From: Stylophora pistillata
Taxonomy: Eukaryota
Direction: 5' to 3'
Assembly: GCF_002571385.2 (NCBI RefSeq)
Contig: NW_019217788.1
Span: 769,251-833,250, forward strand
DNA: 64,000 nt
The notes below the pieces were generated by a model. It saw only the letters and a program-made list of their open reading frames with translations. It was not told the DNA's origin and made no database searches. Of this stretch, positions 59,442 through 64,000 are shown one piece after another. How positions within the stretch are numbered: position 1 is the stretch's first letter; every line of letters begins with the position of its first letter. A program made the position numbers and the translations under genes.

Positions 59442-60947
59442 TCATACGTATACGCGAACATTTTCCGACTTACAGTAATTCTTCATCTTGCAAAGAAATG
59501 GGGAAACTAATTTGCCTTGAGCCAACTTTAAAAAGTTGTCTTTCAGTTCCCTTTCAACTTCAGATGGCTTTTGATTTGCATTATAAAAAAACTCTGATAT
59601 TCCACCTCTAAATGTCTTCATCGTTGAAGGGCCAGCTCCCACTGAAACACAAAAAAAAATGAAAACAACTTTTAGAAATTCGGCTTATTATAAAAAGCTT
59701 TTTGATATGAGCCTTGCTTTGAGATAACAGTAATTTTGTCTTTTGTCCATTTTCCAAAGCTATGTCTAGAATTAGCCGTTAGCTAAGTAATGAGATTTTT
59801 TATCTATTTACACATTACTTGAAGAAAAGCCAAAGGGTCAATGAAGTTAAATGAAGTGCGCTCTAAGCAACACCTTTTTAGCATTGGAATTTGGCCGTAA
59901 GAAGTCTGCACGCAAGGAGATTTTTCACTCAGTTGCCCGGTGAGAATTTTTCTAAGATACTTCTCAGCCATTACATGGACGACGAGCGGACACAAGCGCA
60001 AGAAAAGTACTAGGAGGGCGTGGGGGTCTGGAAACGCGTTGGTAGCGGAACGAGAAAAAAACAGGTGGAGGTTTTCCTCCTCTGGCTTGCCTGTGCCCAA
60101 CTAAAATGGAAAAAGGCTGCGTAACTGCTTGCGGAACTTACTCGCACAATCTGGCCACGGTAGTTTTCCGCTCGTGTTGGGAAGATAAGCCAAAGGTAGC
60201 CATTCTCCACTAGCGGGACATGCGTATAAAACGGAAGGGTTAGTCACGAAATCGGTTCCATGTTTACAAGCAACTTGACAGAATATCTGCGAACCGTCAT
60301 CGGCATGGTTCAAACAAACAAGAGCACCATTCTTCGGGGGAGGATACTTAGGACATTTTGCTCCTGAAAATAAAAAAGGATAACAAATTAAACAAAGGAT
60401 TATATAAGGAGTCAGGAGTGCTTTCATTTTACTCTACAACGTTATGTTGCTGGTGGAGAAAACCCGCTCCACCTTCAGCCAATCTACCTAGAGTCAAACC
60501 TGTTTTAACTCCCATAAGTGATTAACTTGTAACTTCTCCCTAAAATTAACAAATGGTAAACACCACAGCGTACACTATTGAGTTTTGGATGCACGCGGGA
60601 GGTTGCTAAGTACGAAAGAAGCGCAAGAGTCGCGCGAGGCGATAGCCGAGAGCGATTCTAGCTTCTTGAGTGCTTAGCAAACCTCCCAAGTGCATCCATA
60701 ACTCAATAGTGACACTGTAGCGTTTTCCATTTGTTTTATAACATAACATTGATTCATTGTAGCAAAATAATTTTCTTTTATTTAACAAATCTCACGTGAC
60801 CAGAAAAAACAAGCGCGCGGAAAACTAGTCTTTGCATTTGCTCACGTTAGCGGCGTATACCCATGGGCAAATGGTGGATGCTGAATTGACCAATCAGAGC
60901 GCGCGCTTTACTTTGGTTATGTTAGAATTAAAAATTATTCCACGAGC

Positions 60948-61005
<58 letters not shown>

Positions 61006-63837
61006 AATCATCAGTATAGGTTGAATTATCCAACAAACGGATAATGAGAACACTCTAGTTATCGGCCGCGGGTATAGGTTGTTTTCTTGACTCAACACTA
61101 AACTTCTCGTAACTAATGTACAAGGAAATGTGAAAGCAGCCAGAGGGGAGTATTAACAATCAGATCGTGGCAGTTCAAGGGTTAAGCGGTCACCCATGAG
61201 GGAAAGGCAGGGTGACCGCTGAATACAGTGCCGCTTAATGCAGGTTTGACTGTATGCATTATAAGCCTGCATCATACAGACCACCGGACAAATCAAACGC
61301 GAAGACGCGTTTTCTCGTGCTTTACGTAATTTCCCTTTTAGTTGTCATCAACTTTAGCACCCAATTGAAATGCACTTTCGCATGAAATGCAATCTTGACT
61401 TACTCTTTAAGGTTATCATAAAAGAGCATCCAGTGTAAATGTTTGGTTCTTTGAAGTCGAAATCCTTCACTGTGTACTGGATCTTATATTTTCCTGGAGC
61501 CCCAAAGATGTCTCCATTCTGTCGGTTAGACCGAATGATTGGAGGCAGGTGAGAATTGTCTGAACAGATTGGTAACTTCCAAGTCACTCTTTCTTTAAGA
61601 CTGTTGGCTTCTTTCACAATGTCGCTCGGGCAGAAACTACAAGTCGGTGGTTCTAGATCTGAAAGAGAAACCGATCTTAACACATAATCAACCTCGTTCC
61701 CAGGGCACTATTCTCTCGCGTAGTATATACTAATGATGATTAGAATGATAATTCTGGAATAATCTATATACAGGGTGTGTTTGTAACATGCGTGATTTTC
61801 AAATCAGCTGCGAAAGTAAACGAAAGAGCAGTGGGAGTTACAGTCAAACTAAGTGAAGCTTCCCCCCCCAGATTACATCAATGAATTGATCATTTGGATA
61901 TTGAACCCGCCAGTCGTTTCAAGAATGCAATAATAAATTGATTATTGAACCCGCTAGCCGTTTCACTAATGCAATAATGAATTAATTATTGAATATTGAA
62001 CCCGATAGCCGTATCCGTTTTGAAAAGGCGCGGATCATTGTTCAAATTAGAAGTCCATTTTTGAATTCCAATAAGATTGTTCTATTTGACGAGGAATCCT
62101 GAAAATGAACAAACTGCACTGTAAAAACACTGCGAAAACAGTCGATCGCAAATATCAACGAAATAAAAAAAATCTTACGATGGCTTCGCCCGTAAACTAT
62201 TTTTTTCGACCATGAATACACACAAGAGTTTCTAAAAGTTCGTCCAGATGTAAATATGCGAAAAAAGCTCTCGATAACATTTTATTTACAACATTTACAA
62301 GAAGTTCTACATAACACTCGAACTCACCTTTCCCCCCGTGTCTAACGCCATGTTGAAATAGTTCCGATCCATCATCATTTGTTCGCATAATCAATTCAGA
62401 AATGAACTTTTGATTTGAACAATGATCCGCGCCTTTTCAAAACGAATACGGCTATCGGGTTCAATATTCAAATAATCAATCCATTATTGCATTCTTGAAA
62501 CGGTTAACGGGTTCCATGTTCAAATGGTCAATTCGTTATTGCGCTCCTGAAACGGTTATCGGGTTCAATATTCAAATAATCAAATCATTAATGTAATCCT
62601 GAGGGGTACGCTTCACTTAGTTTGACTGTAATCTATTTCACAGTTTAACAAAAAATGCTGGAGAGGTTACTGAAAAATGCCGTCGATTAAAAGTATGATG
62701 TGACTACCATGTTACCAGAAATTCCGTAAAATTCAAATGAATTACCTCTGACAATGACTAGAAACCAGCATTCTGCTTTGTTTCCTCTGTTGTCAGCGGC
62801 AGTGGTTTGAACGTAATGTCGACCAATCGTAAAGTTATGAGGAGACACGTGACTGGAGTGAACTGTGACTTTGGCTTCAGGATCAACCGGAATTGAATTG
62901 TCGTCGACCTCTATTTTCCAGGACACCACCTCTGAAGGTCTACCCGGCTTAGCAATAACTGTTATGTCACTAGGACAGTTCATATCTGGACGACGTATAT
63001 CTAAATAACAGAGGAGTCCAGTTACGAAAACATCCTGGACCACATTACAGTGGTTAAGCGTTAGGCATGAGCAAATGAGTCAATATTAACCAGCGACCTG
63101 CCAATTTCCCGCGCAAAATTTGCAAGGGAAATGACGATAAACAAAGAGTGTCATGTATAGTTAAAAAGAAAAATTGAAACTATCATACACATATATTCAA
63201 GGAACAGCCAAAAAGCAGAGAGGGGTTAATCATCGTAATAACCTCACATTCGATTAATAACTAGTTAATAATCATTCTTTTACGCTTTCTTAGACGAAAA
63301 CATCATGACAAATGCCTCACCTTAATACTTTGCATCACCAATTTGGATCAATGTAACTGCACACCCACCCCTCCCTAACCCGACAACAGTCCACTGATAA
63401 CAAGTTAGGGTTAAGGTTGGTTTAGGGTAGGGGTAGGTGCGTCGCTGCCCAGATACTGAGATTTGATCCACCGATTTTTTCATTTCACCTTCAGGTTTCT
63501 AATTTACATTTTTTCTACGAACAAGTGACTGCGATCAACTTCCTCAGTAACGATACCAATCCTATTTTTAATAGAAAAACAAAGCGGGCTCTAATTCCTT
63601 CTCTTAAGGTTATCATTGTGTGTAACTTACCCACACATTTGTGGGCTTTTCCACTCCAAGTTCCATTAGGTTGGCATACGAACTGGAAAGATACAGAGTC
63701 TCGATCTTGTTCTAAAGCGTACCCATATACGCAACCAAAATTGCAGGTTTCATTGACGTATGATGAGTGTTTTGTACACCAATCGAAAGTGGGCCGGGTG
63801 AACTGGAAGGAAGGTAACTTGGGGCAATCACCTCTGA
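59442..63837 (-). CDS. 3' part of a sushi(CCP)-HYR-HYR-sushi extracellular protein (SVEP1/SRPX-like modules); 5' exons lie outside the window
   Basis: Phase-1 exons 63837-63631 (CP...CNFGCVYGY...CQPNGTWSG...C), 63000-62746 (HYR), 61658-61404 (HYR), 60363-60142 (sushi) and 59641-59442 (ends in TGA). Confidence 0.85.
60548..60928 (+). mobile_element. Family H1 element nested in a TTAA MITE and followed by an H2 fragment
   Basis: High similarity to 26994-27376. The flanks at 60503-60547 and 61030-61186 belong to the ~200-bp MITE family. Confidence 0.8.
61841..62628. mobile_element. Tc1/mariner-pogo-type MITE with TA TSD and internal subterminal repeats
   Basis: ta-cagtcaaactaagtgaagc ... gcttcacttagtttgactg-ta. 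Repeated attgaacccg units are mirrored as cgggttcaat. Confidence 0.85.
63346..63469. repeat. Small palindromic element
   Basis: ggatcaa...ttgatcc ends, with internal cccctccctaacc / ggtttagggtagggg arms. Confidence 0.55.
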
Positions 63838-63889
63838 CTGGAAATTCACGAATTTGATGAGGTATAAGAGACCAGTTATTATTCATTGC

Positions 63890-64000
63890 CTGATAACCTA
63901 GTGATAGACTGGAAAACTAGAGTTAAGTATGCAGATAATTTGTCAGTCTTTGAGATTCTTCCTGGATGTTCAACCAGTAAGTTGCCCTTTGTAGCGAGGG
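63890..64000 (+). mobile_element. LINE reverse-transcriptase fragment
   Basis: Reads NLVIDWKTRVKYADNLSVFEILPG, a degenerate YADD region. Confidence 0.6.

Overview
AT-rich, intron-containing animal genomic DNA. The repeat content (TTAA mini-MITEs, tRNA-head SINEs, Penelope-type hammerhead repeats) and the genes suggest a cnidarian, probably a stony coral; this is inference, not proven. Left part (1-24 kb): five spliced genes that I assembled by hand with phase-consistent splice sites. They are a divergent GPP34/GOLPH3-like gene (-), a secreted BRICHOS precursor ending in an 8-Cys peptide (+), EFCAB10 (-) head-to-head with a SETMAR-like SET methyltransferase (+), and an astacin-ShKT protease (-). 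Centre (26.6-57 kb): a tandem cluster of intronless 1.2-1.4 kaa receptor-like proteins, each with a signal peptide, Pmp-like FxxN/GG beta-helix repeats, a Cys-rich stalk and about 9 TM segments. The cluster holds three intact genes of two subtypes, one pseudogene and one 5' stub, and the head-to-head A/B pair appears to have been duplicated as a unit. It is interspersed with a THAP/SAP DNA-transposon relic, hammerhead ribozyme motifs, a 248-bp tRNA-like tandem array and hairpin elements. Right end: the 3' exons of a sushi-HYR protein gene (-). Best candidates for novelty are the paired beta-helix multipass receptor cluster and the anionic BRICHOS-client hairpin peptide. There are four N gaps, and two duplications next to single Ns are probably assembly artefacts. 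All calls come from reading the sequence; no database searches were run.
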